The notes: a model not told the origin generated them from the letters alone. A stretch of DNA of 64,000 nt from Candidatus Micrarchaeota archaeon (GCA_021818925.1 JAKASU010000001.1:295972-359971), one strand, 5' to 3'. Counted from the stretch's first letter, positions 52,756-62,284 are shown. Numbers and translations: made by a program.

Positions 52756-53859
52756 TTGAGCATGCTCAAGTTGATTTTTGCCGCCATCCTGGTTGCAATC
52801 ATAGCAGGCGGACTGATGTTCGTCTACTTGCATCTTCACAGCGGCACCACCAGCAGCCACGCGCAGCCTATCAACAGCTCGTGGCTGTCCCAATGGGACA
52901 GCGCGCTTGCAGGAACGCAGCCGTATCCGACGATGAAAACAGGCGAGTTCCTGGCTGTCAGCTACGGAAACATCGTACAGGCCAGCCTTAACAGAAGCGG
53001 CGCTTCTGCGGACCTTGCGATGCTTTATGATGCGAACGTAAGCGCGATAAGGATAGACCTCAACTACGGGCCGTGGCTCGCGAACAACACCACGCAGATA
53101 GCCACATACGACTACTTCGTGAACAACATCAGCGCGAACAACAAATCGCTCGTAATAGCGGACTCTGCCGCCGAGTACTACAGGCAGCACCAACTGACCT
53201 GGAGCCAGTTCAAGGCTGCGTGGATACAGCGCGTCTCGACGATAGCCGCGAGGTATCATCCGGCTTATTACATAGTTATCAAGGAGCCGCCATGGTACTT
53301 TCCGATGATAAAAGGCTTCCCGCTGTACAGGCCGATGAACGTCTCTGACTGGGTCAACCTCACGGAGCAGCTCGTGGCCGCTGTAAAGAAAGCTTCACCG
53401 AACACGAAAGTGGGCGTGGCTGTGTCCGGGGATGTTTATCACTCGAGCTCACTGCTGGACCTCAACTACATGATAGCGGCACGCAAGATACCTGGCCTCG
53501 ATTTTCTAGGCTTCGACATCTATGACGCGAACGCTTGGAACGACACCCAGACGTTCCTGAAGCGTTACGGAAGCGGCGGGAAACAGGTATGGATAGCTGA
53601 AGCGTGGAGCGGAACCGGGGGCGCTTCCGGGGGCATAGTCGAAAACGCGAGCAGGGAAGGCTTGGATTCCGAATGGATCAGGACCATGTACCTGTTCGCG
53701 GAGAGCATACATGCGCAGTACATAAACCCGTTCTTCTCCAACCTTTTCGCCTCTTACCAGCCGGTTCCAAACAATACGTATCTGCCGGCGTCGTTTTACC
53801 AGAACCGCACGCCTGTCTTTTACGCTTATAAGAATATCACACCAATAACTAACCCGTAA
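52756..53859 (+). CDS. membrane-anchored glycoside-hydrolase-like protein (clan GH-A TIM barrel, tentative)
   Basis: N-terminal TM. YIVIKEPPW (NEP-like acid/base strand) and VWIAEAWSG (nucleophile-strand-like) at about the GH5-type spacing. Weak call. Confidence 0.35.
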   Translation: MSMLKLIFAAILVAIIAGGLMFVYLHLHSGTTSSHAQPINSSWLSQWDSALAGTQPYPTMKTGEFLAVSYGNIVQASLNRSGASADLAMLYDANVSAIRIDLNYGPWLANNTTQIATYDYFVNNISANNKSLVIADSAAEYYRQHQLTWSQFKAAWIQRVSTIAARYHPAYYIVIKEPPWYFPMIKGFPLYRPMNVSDWVNLTEQLVAAVKKASPNTKVGVAVSGDVYHSSSLLDLNYMIAARKIPGLDFLGFDIYDANAWNDTQTFLKRYGSGGKQVWIAEAWSGTGGASGGIVENASREGLDSEWIRTMYLFAESIHAQYINPFFSNLFASYQPVPNNTYLPASFYQNRTPVFYAYKNITPITNP

Positions 53860-53875
53860 ACCTAACGGTGTCTTT

Positions 53876-54382
53876 TTGCATCAACTCCTCATACCTACGA
53901 AGAGGGCAGAGCTGCTGAAGGGCAAGGGGCTCATCGCAAGTGCGCAGAAACGCCTCGGATGCAGGCTAAAGATAAAGGACGAGAACGAGCTGGTCATAGA
54001 TGGCGACGCGTTCAGCGAGTACAACGCGCGCATCGTTATGCAGGCCTTCGCCCGCGGGTTCGAGTTCGAGACGGCGTGCAAGCTGCTGAGCGACGACCGC
54101 TTCTTCGAGAGCATAGACATGAAACAGATTTTTAAGAATGAGGAGCAGATAAAGAGGATAAAGGCGAGGATCATAGGCAGCGAGGGAAAGGCGAAGAGCT
54201 ACGTACAGAGCGTAAGCGGCGCTGACCTGGCGATATACGGCGACACTGTGAGCCTGATAGGCACAGTGGACGAGATAAGGATAGCGAAGGCAGCACTCGA
54301 GGTGCTGCTCGAGGGCGGCACACACAAGAAGGCCTATGCGATAATGGAGAAGGCGAAGCGCAGGCTCAGGGAGGGAAGATGA
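53876..54382 (+). CDS. KH-domain RNA-binding protein (archaeal Dim2/Pno1-like)
   Basis: Two KH-like units including IIGSEGKAKSYVQSVSGADLAIYGDTVSLIG (GxxG loop). 168 aa, TTG start. Confidence 0.7.
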   Translation: MHQLLIPTKRAELLKGKGLIASAQKRLGCRLKIKDENELVIDGDAFSEYNARIVMQAFARGFEFETACKLLSDDRFFESIDMKQIFKNEEQIKRIKARIIGSEGKAKSYVQSVSGADLAIYGDTVSLIGTVDEIRIAKAALEVLLEGGTHKKAYAIMEKAKRRLREGR

Positions 54383-55989
54383 TGGCAGAGGAGAAGACGA
54401 AGAGCGCCGACGAGATATTCAAGGAGTTCAAGGAGCACTCGATAACGGAGTTCTTCAGGAAGAACAGCCAGATGCTCGGATACGCGGGCAAGGTGCGATC
54501 CCTCACGACGATAGTGCACGAGTACATAACCAATTCGCTGGACGCGTGCGAGGAGGCGGGAATACTGCCTGAGATAGAGGTGAGGATAAAAGAGCTGGCT
54601 GAGAACAGGTACGGCATATACGTGGGCGACAACGGGCCAGGCATACCCTCGAAGCACGTGGGCAAGGCGCTGGCCTCGGTGCTGACAGGGACAAAGTTCC
54701 ACAGGTACATGCAGCAGAGGGGACAGCAGGGCATAGGCGCCGGAGGCTGCACCATCTTCGCGCTCATAACGACGGGCAAGGGCATACACGTCAGGTCGAG
54801 CACCGGAAAGGAAGCGTACACCTGTGATCTCAGCGTTGACATAAAGGGCAACAAGCCGCTTGTGACAAACCTCCAGTCCATAAAGCCCGACTTCAGGGGC
54901 CTCAGGGTGGAGGGCGAGTTCGGGGACGTCAAGTACGAGAAGAGCGACCACGGAGTATACGAGTACGTGCGCAGGACCGCGCTCTCCAACCCGCACACGA
55001 GCATAAAGCTCATCGAGCCTGACGGCAACGAGGCCATATTCCCAAGGTCGGTGAAGACTATGCCGCGAAAGCCAAAGCAGATACTTCCGCATCCGCTCGG
55101 AATATCCGCTAGCGACCTGCTAGACTTCGCACACACGAGCCAGAGCAGGAAGGTCACCTCGTTCCTAGTTGACTCCTTCTCCAGGGTGACGCACGACAAG
55201 GTGCGCGAGCTCGTGGGGATAGCGAAAGACGTTGATTTCGAGAAGGAACCCAAGCACCTCACGTGGGAGGATGCGAACAAGATAGTGAGCGCGTTCAAGC
55301 AGGTGAAGTGGATAGGGCCGGAGCTCGATGCCATGTCAACCATAGGCGAGAGCCAGGTCGACGTGGCAATGCGCAACATACTCGACCCGAGGTTCACCAG
55401 CGTGGTAGAGAGGAAGCCACAGGTCTTCAAAGGCGGCATACCATTCGTGGTTGAGGTCGGCATAGCATACGGAGGTAAGGCCGGAAAGGCCAGCGGCGAG
55501 TTGGTATCGGGCAACATACTCAGGTTTGCGAACAAGGTTCCGCTCCTCTTCGACACGGGCAGCTGCGCCATAACCGAAGCGGTGCAGGGCATAGACTGGA
55601 AGCGCTACTCGATAGCGAGGTTCGACGAGGAGCCCGTGAGCGTTCTCGTGAACGTATCATCAGTGTACATACCATACTCAGGGGTGGGCAAGCAGGCGAT
55701 AGCGCAGGAGGACGAGATAGTGGAGGAGATAAGGCTCGCTGTGCAGGACGCGGGGAGGAAGCTGCAGAGGTTCCTCAGCGGAGAGAGGCATAGGAGCGTC
55801 CAGGAGAGCGGCTACAAGACGATAATGCGCTACGTGAGCCAGCTCTCCGGCGACCTTGAGGAGATAACCGGAAGGAAGAAGGAGCAGACCGAGAAGGAGC
55901 TCAAGGAACTGATAGAGAAGAGGTACAGGGGGCTGTTCAAGCAGGAGGAAGGGGATGAACAGGAGACAGCGGCTCAGAACACGAGCTGA
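54379..55989 (+). CDS. top6B: DNA topoisomerase VI subunit B
   Basis: Bergerat-fold motifs EYITNSLDA, VGDNGPGIP, GQQGIGA, followed by H2TH and transducer regions. No top6A is adjacent. Confidence 0.95.
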   Translation: MMAEEKTKSADEIFKEFKEHSITEFFRKNSQMLGYAGKVRSLTTIVHEYITNSLDACEEAGILPEIEVRIKELAENRYGIYVGDNGPGIPSKHVGKALASVLTGTKFHRYMQQRGQQGIGAGGCTIFALITTGKGIHVRSSTGKEAYTCDLSVDIKGNKPLVTNLQSIKPDFRGLRVEGEFGDVKYEKSDHGVYEYVRRTALSNPHTSIKLIEPDGNEAIFPRSVKTMPRKPKQILPHPLGISASDLLDFAHTSQSRKVTSFLVDSFSRVTHDKVRELVGIAKDVDFEKEPKHLTWEDANKIVSAFKQVKWIGPELDAMSTIGESQVDVAMRNILDPRFTSVVERKPQVFKGGIPFVVEVGIAYGGKAGKASGELVSGNILRFANKVPLLFDTGSCAITEAVQGIDWKRYSIARFDEEPVSVLVNVSSVYIPYSGVGKQAIAQEDEIVEEIRLAVQDAGRKLQRFLSGERHRSVQESGYKTIMRYVSQLSGDLEEITGRKKEQTEKELKELIEKRYRGLFKQEEGDEQETAAQNTS

Positions 55990-58334
55990 TCGAGATGGTC
56001 GCTGTCCACCAGCTTCACGTAGTTGTATTCTATGCTTAGCTTCAGCAGCTCAGCTTCAGAACCGTATGCGGCATAGAGTTTCTCGGTGAAGCTCTTTACC
56101 GAGTCGTCGTTAAGGAAGACGATTGCGGCCTTCGAGCCGCTCGACAGGCTCATCTTCTTCATCTTCGTTCCCTCAGAGTATATGTAGATGCTCATCTGCT
56201 TGCTCTCCCTTGTTATCAGCATGTCGGCGGAGTCGTTGGAATCGATATCGGTGAAGAGTATCGCGTGCGAAACGCAGTAGTCGCGAAGCTTCCTGAATGT
56301 TATCAGGTACTCGATGCTGTGCCCTGAAGCCTCGATCCACGCCGCGGGAGCGTAGTAGTCAGACATGCCAACCAGCGACCTGTCGCTGACCAGCCTGGAG
56401 AGTATGCTGTTCGCGTTCTGCGTTGTTATGGATATGGGCATGTTGTTCGCCCTTATGTTGTTCCCTATTCCCATTTTCACCTCATCGGCTGTGAGAGGCA
56501 TGTACTTCCACCTGTGATAGTAGTTGACCTTGTCGAAGACGCCGAGAACAGAGCTTTTCGGAACGCGCACCTTCTCCCTCTTAGAGGGCGGGAACTCGGG
56601 CACGTCTATATAGTACTCGTCGCGGTTAGGCGGCTTGAGTATGAGGTTGAGGAGAACTACAACAATTATGACGATGCCCAGCTCTATGTATATCGGAGGT
56701 ATGTTTGCGGCGCCCTGCTGGTATGGCGATACGTATGAGTAGTGTGTGTTGAACATGTAGAAGTTGAAGGTCTCGGTTCCGTAGCCGACAAGCGTGCCCG
56801 GGGGCAGCGTGTAGTTTAGCACGCCGTTGCTTATGGAGCCGCTGGACGAGAAGAGGCCGTTGAGGTCTACGGTGTACGTTGTGTTGGTCACAGGAAGGCC
56901 GTTGCTGTACACGGTGAATAGGAAGACACCGTTCTTGAAGTCGAGGCTCGTGGGAGTTATCACCGCTCCGGTGAGGTTGAAGATCGCGCTGCCGTAGTAG
57001 TTGTTGTTGAAGTCCTTGAGCTGCGCTATGTAGTAGCCGCTGGGGAGCTGGAACGCGTGGTACTTGACAACGCCAAGAGAACCGGAAACGAAGCCTATCG
57101 GTATGGAGCTCACATAGCTGAGATTGCGATCATAGAGGTCAAGATGCACGAGCAGGTTCTGGCTGGCGTTGCTGATCTGTATCAGTATCGGTATGTTCTG
57201 GCTCTCCCCGACGGACGCCGCTATGCTGACGCTTCCCTTCGGATGGTAAACGTTCTGCATCCCGAACTCCTTGATCGAAGAGGACTGCTTGTTCGATGCG
57301 GACATCGTCACGAGCGCAAAGCTCCCGGCAAGTGCAAGAGTTGCATTGAACCTGCTGAGGTTCTGCTTGACCGGGGACACAACCTGCGTGAACAGGCCAA
57401 TGCTGCCTGTGGATTTTGCGCTTGTGTTGAGCAAGGTCTGCGACGAGCCCATCTGCGGCATCCAGAACCTTGCGTTAAGGACGCTGGCTATATCGTTGGC
57501 CATTGAGGTGGCTGTGCGCCATGAGCTTGTTGGATAGTTGGAGAACGCTATAATCGTGCCCGTACCGGAGTTGGCATAGGTGACGTTACCGTACCTGAAG
57601 CCGGAAAGGAACGAGAAAGAAGGTTTGGAGAAGCTGAGGTTCTCGGCTGTTGAGAAAGGCGATGATGACGTCGGCTGCGTTGCCAGACCGGCGGCCGCAA
57701 GGCTGTCCATGGTCTGCAGGTTGTTAACGAAGATCAGCCCGTCGGGGCCTATCGACCTGCTGAAGTTCAGCCCTGCGTACACCACGGTGTCTCCGTTCTG
57801 CAGTAGGTCGAGCAGCGATGGCGAGGTGCCGTTAAGGAGGAAGATTGGTATGAGTCCCGAAGGTATTATCACAACTGATCCTGCAGGGATTGACCCGAGG
57901 GCGCTCATGTTGATGTAGTTGAAGCTCGTCCCGTTTCTTATGAGGTCGTAGTTAAGCAAGCTTGACTGGAGGGCTGACCTGAGCGCGTTCTCGTCGAAGC
58001 AGGAGACGCAGAAGTCGCTGACATTCAGCAGGTATATGCGCTCGAACGGGTTTGACTGGTACAGCGATATGGTTGCTGTTGCGTTGGTGGCGTTGGCTAT
58101 CCTGTACGAGACGAGGGAATACACGGCAAGCGAGTTGTTGTAGTTGAACACCTGGCTCTGTGCTGCCGACGCTGTTATCGAAACGGGTCCGGACGCGCTC
58201 TGGTTTGATGAGCTGAAGTTTAGGTTCTGGAGCGAGCTGGCTGCGTTCCTGAGGTACAGCCCCATCGCGCCGAGGAGCACGACTATCGCGATTATCACTA
58301 TTGCTATTTTGTACGCTCCTCGCATCTCGACCAC
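55974..58334 (-). CDS. 786-aa bitopic surface glycoprotein with about 230-aa cytoplasmic domain, last gene of the T4SS-like cluster B
   Basis: GTG start. N-terminal TM (YKIAIVIIAIVVLLGAMGLYL), NxS/T-rich ectodomain of about 520 aa, second TM (IELGIVIIVVVLLNLIL), then a soluble C-terminal domain with no motif I recognise. Confidence 0.55.
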   Translation of the reverse strand: MVEMRGAYKIAIVIIAIVVLLGAMGLYLRNAASSLQNLNFSSSNQSASGPVSITASAAQSQVFNYNNSLAVYSLVSYRIANATNATATISLYQSNPFERIYLLNVSDFCVSCFDENALRSALQSSLLNYDLIRNGTSFNYINMSALGSIPAGSVVIIPSGLIPIFLLNGTSPSLLDLLQNGDTVVYAGLNFSRSIGPDGLIFVNNLQTMDSLAAAGLATQPTSSSPFSTAENLSFSKPSFSFLSGFRYGNVTYANSGTGTIIAFSNYPTSSWRTATSMANDIASVLNARFWMPQMGSSQTLLNTSAKSTGSIGLFTQVVSPVKQNLSRFNATLALAGSFALVTMSASNKQSSSIKEFGMQNVYHPKGSVSIAASVGESQNIPILIQISNASQNLLVHLDLYDRNLSYVSSIPIGFVSGSLGVVKYHAFQLPSGYYIAQLKDFNNNYYGSAIFNLTGAVITPTSLDFKNGVFLFTVYSNGLPVTNTTYTVDLNGLFSSSGSISNGVLNYTLPPGTLVGYGTETFNFYMFNTHYSYVSPYQQGAANIPPIYIELGIVIIVVVLLNLILKPPNRDEYYIDVPEFPPSKREKVRVPKSSVLGVFDKVNYYHRWKYMPLTADEVKMGIGNNIRANNMPISITTQNANSILSRLVSDRSLVGMSDYYAPAAWIEASGHSIEYLITFRKLRDYCVSHAILFTDIDSNDSADMLITRESKQMSIYIYSEGTKMKKMSLSSGSKAAIVFLNDDSVKSFTEKLYAAYGSEAELLKLSIEYNYVKLVDSDHLDQLVF

Positions 58335-58337
58335 AAG

Positions 58338-58487
58338 CTACGCTCCAGCCTTCTTCTTGTTAAGAAGCCCGTTTATAAACGAGGCCATCCCCCTTGAGAG
58401 GGCGTTCGTGCTCTCGTTCATCTTCTTGAGCACATTGTAAACTTTGATGTACTGGTACTTCCTGTTTATCGTGACTAGGTACTTCAT
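58338..58487 (-). CDS. possible 49-aa basic small protein
   Basis: ATG 58487: MKYLVTINRKYQYIKVYNVLKKMNESTNALSRGMASFINGLLNKKKAGA*. It fills the gap between two cluster genes and is below the track cutoff. Confidence 0.3.
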   Translation of the reverse strand: MKYLVTINRKYQYIKVYNVLKKMNESTNALSRGMASFINGLLNKKKAGA

Positions 58488-58492
58488 GCGAA

Positions 58493-59158
58493 CTAACTCT
58501 TCAGCTCGAGGAATCCGAGCGAGACCATCTTGTCAAGTATCTGCTCAACCCTGGGCTCTGGAACCTTGTACGTCTTCGAGAACTCGCCGACGTCTATAGA
58601 GCTGTTGTGCACCTCTATCCAGTCCTGGACCATCGCCATCAGGCTCTCGTCTGAGTACGTCTGCAGTGACTTGAGCTGCTCCGTGATGGACTTGTTGTCC
58701 TCGCTGAGCTGGCTGGTCTGTATCGTGAGGTTCCTGTTCGACTGCTCGAGCTCGTGCATCAGCCTCTTTATCTCGACGTACTGGTTCAGCAGCGAGTCGT
58801 ACTTGTTGAACAGGGTGCTGTAGCTCTGCGACATGCCGTTTATCAGGTTGTCCAGCACTGAATCTACGTACTGCAGAAACTTCGACTCGTCTATCTGGAA
58901 GCTGTTTCCCATTATGGAGAGCATCGATGCGAGGTCCTTGATCACGGTCGCCCTCCTGAGCCTGTCGCTGCTGCCCGGGACTATGGAGTAGGTAAGCTGA
59001 AGCGACGACTGCGATACCACCACTATGTAGAACAGGAAGGGCTTCTTGTGTATGTTCCTGCTCTCCACCCTTGCTATCTCCAGCTTCTCCCCTGTTGCCT
59101 GGAAGGCGTAGAATGGTATGCTTGAGAGTTTCTGCTTTATTTCGTCAAAGCTCGTCAC
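58493..59158 (-). CDS. coiled-coil protein with C-terminal wHTH-like module (counterpart of 23898-24557)
   Basis: GTG start. Central heptad region (LLNQYVEIKRLMHELEQSNRNLTIQTSQLSEDNKSITEQLKSL). C-terminal DVGEFSKTYKVPEPRVEQILDKMVSLGFLELK. Confidence 0.5.
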   Translation of the reverse strand: MTSFDEIKQKLSSIPFYAFQATGEKLEIARVESRNIHKKPFLFYIVVVSQSSLQLTYSIVPGSSDRLRRATVIKDLASMLSIMGNSFQIDESKFLQYVDSVLDNLINGMSQSYSTLFNKYDSLLNQYVEIKRLMHELEQSNRNLTIQTSQLSEDNKSITEQLKSLQTYSDESLMAMVQDWIEVHNSSIDVGEFSKTYKVPEPRVEQILDKMVSLGFLELKS

Positions 59159-59247
59159 CAGCCTTCCTGGAAAGTCGACCTGTTCGACCTTTGGTTCGCC
59201 TTCGACCTCATCCTGTGTTACTCACTCACCCTTTTTCTGCCAGAATA

Positions 59248-59604
59248 CTATTGCTTAGGTTGTTTTTTTATGTTTATGCGTGGCGTGTAGGTGAGGAGCG
59301 AGAGCGAGTACAGGAAGGCAACGATCAGTATGGAAATGAGGAGCGTTGCGGGCCTCGGGGAGATGAAAAGGCTGAGCATCGCGAAGAGTATGCCGAGGGT
59401 GAGGTAGACGCGCTCGCGGAACTCGAACTTCTTCCTGCTGACTGTGTATTTCGGATAGCAGTCCTTGCACACGACTAGCCTGTTGTTCTTCGCGTTGTGC
59501 GTCACGTTCTCCTTCAGCCACCTTATGGTGCCGAGCACGAAGTCGTCCTGCACCTCTATGCCGTTCCTCTGCCTGCCGCAGACTATGCAATAGCTCTTTT
59601 GCAA
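59248..59604 (-). CDS. zinc-ribbon protein with two C-terminal TM helices
   Basis: CIVCG...CKDC (CxxC x2), then VYLTLGILFAMLSLFI and LLISILIVAFLYSLSLL. Confidence 0.5.
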   Translation of the reverse strand: MQKSYCIVCGRQRNGIEVQDDFVLGTIRWLKENVTHNAKNNRLVVCKDCYPKYTVSRKKFEFRERVYLTLGILFAMLSLFISPRPATLLISILIVAFLYSLSLLTYTPRINIKKQPKQ

Positions 59605-59614
59605 AAAACCACCC

Positions 59615-59911
59615 TTACTCTATGCTCAGGTCTACTACCTTTCCGTATGCACTCTTTATCCTCTCCTCTTCCAGCATGCTGAAGATGTTAGTTATCGTTA
59701 TGTCGTCTATGCCTATCCTCCTGAGCACGTTCGCGATATCCTCCTCCTTCACCCCCGCCTTCTGCAGCATGCCCGCAAAGACTACCGCGTTTGCGTGCCT
59801 GTGCATCTTGTTGAGCTCCGCTGTCATTTCGTCTATGCTTCGCTCGCTCACTCCAAGCATCGTGAGCATCCTCTTCAGCTCTATCCTGTTGACGGTGAAC
59901 GTGGCTCCCAT
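59615..59911 (-). CDS. 98-aa protein made of two LRxxG(I/V)(D/S)(D/E) helical mini-modules
   Basis: LTMLGVSERSIDEMTAEL and LRRIGIDDITITNIFSML. The same module sits at the C-termini of both VirB4-like ATPases. Confidence 0.5.
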   Translation of the reverse strand: MGATFTVNRIELKRMLTMLGVSERSIDEMTAELNKMHRHANAVVFAGMLQKAGVKEEDIANVLRRIGIDDITITNIFSMLEEERIKSAYGKVVDLSIE

Positions 59912-59919
59912 TTGAACGC

Positions 59920-61425
59920 CTATGTTACGTAAGCGAAGACTCGTGTGATGAGCGAGTCCGATAGCCCGAAGCTCCTCAGGAGCTCCACTATGGTTTCCTT
60001 TGAGACGTGCTCGTTTACCAGGATCTGCACCAGTCCGCGTATGTCTATCAGCCTGTTCCTGGAATCAAGCTCCTTGAAGACGTTGTTTATCACATCGGAG
60101 TTGAGGTTTGACTGTATGAACTTGGAATTGAGGTCTATCTTCTCGAAGTAGTACTCTTTCTGCGTCTCCGCGTCCGCGAGCTCCTGCTGGTTGAGCATCT
60201 CTGCTATGGTTATCGTGTATACGTCAAGGGGTATCTCGCCCACTATCCTCTCGATAAGGAATACCTCGGGAAACTGCACGCTGGTCTGGAAGGACATGTC
60301 GACTGCGGCCTGCCCGACTCCGAACGTGCTTATCTCCTTGCGCATGAAATCGGAGAAGTTGAGCGAGCCCTGCAGGTACGTGAGGAACTTCTCGAACTTT
60401 ATCCTGAGCATTATGGTTGTGCCGACGTTCGAGAATATCGCCTCGTTGATGTCCGTGGGGTTCTGCGAAGCCACTATCAGCCCGAACTGGTACTTCCTGC
60501 CCTCCCTCACTATGGTGACAGCGTCGCTCCTGTCGTCGCTCGCCACCTTCCACGCCTCGTCAAGAACGACCAGTGCCTTAAGCCCCTTTGACGCGCTCCA
60601 TCCCTCCGCGCGCATCTTCTCCTTGAGCGTCTGGAGTATGAAGAGCGCGGCGAGGGCCCTGAACTTCTCGTCCGGAAGGGAGGAGAGGTCGATGTCGACG
60701 AGCCCTGACGAAGCAAGCTTGCCCAGGTCGAGCGTGCTCTTCTTTGCGAAGAAGTCCTCGCCCTCCCTTGCGAACTGCCTCAGCCTGTATATCGCGTTCT
60801 CGAGCTCCGCGGGATACTCATACGTGCCCTCCTGCAGCTTGTCCTCGAGCACGCCGATGACGTCCTTGAGCGTCGGAGCGTCCTTCCCTGGCGGTGGCAC
60901 GTCGGCCATGTTGAATCCGAAATTGGTGTACGCATTCTCTATGCCCTCCATTGTGAGCCTCCTCTGCTCCGGATACTCGCCCATGTCCGTCAGTATTTCC
61001 AGCGAGTTTACGATCTGCTTGCTCCTGTCCAGGGGCCTCATGCCTGAGAGGTCCATTATGTTTATGTAGTCGCCCTTGCCGAGCGAGATTATCGTGCCGC
61101 CGCTCTGCCTGACCCACGCTTTGTACTCGCCGGCCCAGTCGATTATGACGGCACTGGTGTTCCATATGTAGCTGGCCCTTGTAAGGAACGTCTTGACGAA
61201 GAAGCTCTTTCCAGCTCCGGTTATTCCCACCACTGCGATGTGCGGGTTTGTGAGGCTGGCGAAGGTCCAGGTGAAGGGCACGTTGAAGAGCTTGGTTATG
61301 CCTATGAATATCGAGTTTGTCGGGTCGTTGAGCAGGTACTCCTGCGGAGGTTCGGGCGGCCTTGTGAATATGCTCCTCTTGGCGAGCTCGTTGCTCATTA
61401 TGTTCTGTACCCTGACGAGGCTCAT
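59920..61425 (-). CDS. VirB4/TraC-class (FtsK-HerA superfamily) ATPase, long form
   Basis: Walker A GITGAGKSFF, Walker B LVVLDEAWKVA, REGRKYQFGLIVASQNP. An insertion of about 100 aa between the Walker motifs relative to 22833-23894. C-terminal LRSFGLSDSLITRVF module. Confidence 0.8.
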   Translation of the reverse strand: MSLVRVQNIMSNELAKRSIFTRPPEPPQEYLLNDPTNSIFIGITKLFNVPFTWTFASLTNPHIAVVGITGAGKSFFVKTFLTRASYIWNTSAVIIDWAGEYKAWVRQSGGTIISLGKGDYINIMDLSGMRPLDRSKQIVNSLEILTDMGEYPEQRRLTMEGIENAYTNFGFNMADVPPPGKDAPTLKDVIGVLEDKLQEGTYEYPAELENAIYRLRQFAREGEDFFAKKSTLDLGKLASSGLVDIDLSSLPDEKFRALAALFILQTLKEKMRAEGWSASKGLKALVVLDEAWKVASDDRSDAVTIVREGRKYQFGLIVASQNPTDINEAIFSNVGTTIMLRIKFEKFLTYLQGSLNFSDFMRKEISTFGVGQAAVDMSFQTSVQFPEVFLIERIVGEIPLDVYTITIAEMLNQQELADAETQKEYYFEKIDLNSKFIQSNLNSDVINNVFKELDSRNRLIDIRGLVQILVNEHVSKETIVELLRSFGLSDSLITRVFAYVT

Positions 61426-61459
61426 GCTTCTAACTCTGCAAAATAAGTTTATATGCGTT

Positions 61460-62284
61460 CTATCTCTGGGTACTGAAGATGAGATCGAGCGTGCTGCTTT
61501 CCGGAAGGGAGTAGTTGAACGTGAAGAGGTGATACACCTCCCTTCCTACGATCCTGGTTATGCTCAGGTCGAAGGAGTTGAAGAGCGTCTGCAGGTGGTT
61601 GAGCTGATTCGTGAGAGCGTCCACCGCCTCCTTCTCGCTTACTCCCACAGCCGTGGTGTCTATGTACATTATAGCGTCTATGGGCCTCTCACCCCCCGAG
61701 AGCCTGTTGATCCTCGCGTCGAGCACGTTCATCTTCCTCTGCAGGTCCTGTATGGCGAGCTGGTTCGGGTTGCTGCCCCCCATCTCCTTTGAGAGCTGAA
61801 CCTCAAGCACGCCCCTCCTCCCCTCGAGCTCGTCCCTGTACTTCTGCACGTCCTCTGCAACTGAGATTATGTTGAATCTGAACGGAAATCCGGCGCTCAT
61901 GACTATTCGCTCCCACTTGTCAGGCGACTCCCCAAGCTTTATGTCCTCTGTCTCGTCGACGTTCTCCGCGGAGAAGACGTAGTTGTAGATGTTCGCTGTC
62001 AGGAAGCCGGTGGCGTAGTAGATCCCGTTCACGTACTTGACCACGGCGTTTGAGCTCTTGGGTATCGTGTAGCCAGCGGCCGGCATTATCTTTATGCCGA
62101 AGAGCATGGTCAGCACGGGAAAGACAACGAAGTCTGCGTAGTTTATGATGAATATTAGCACTATGGTTAGCGCGGCGAGCATGACACCGATCACACCGAA
62201 AGCCCCCAGCAAGGGGGAGACGAACATTACAAGCAGCGCTAGGAAAGAGGTCGATCCTATGTAGAGTATTGTCTGCTCGTCCAT
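61460..62284 (-). CDS. 2-TM anchored soluble-domain protein (paralog family with 22105-22836 and 62293-63120)
   Basis: TM hairpin (FLALLVMFVSPLLGAFGVIGVMLAALTIVLIFII), FPFRFNIISVAEDVQKYRDELEGRRGVLEVQL. Confidence 0.55.
   Translation of the reverse strand: MDEQTILYIGSTSFLALLVMFVSPLLGAFGVIGVMLAALTIVLIFIINYADFVVFPVLTMLFGIKIMPAAGYTIPKSSNAVVKYVNGIYYATGFLTANIYNYVFSAENVDETEDIKLGESPDKWERIVMSAGFPFRFNIISVAEDVQKYRDELEGRRGVLEVQLSKEMGGSNPNQLAIQDLQRKMNVLDARINRLSGGERPIDAIMYIDTTAVGVSEKEAVDALTNQLNHLQTLFNSFDLSITRIVGREVYHLFTFNYSLPESSTLDLIFSTQR

Noticed and set aside
54334-55592. Two long minus-strand ORFs (252 and 408 aa) overlapping top6B
   Set aside because: They are antisense to an unambiguous topo VI-B gene. 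Composition is low-complexity Ser/Leu/Pro/Arg, so these are shadow ORFs.
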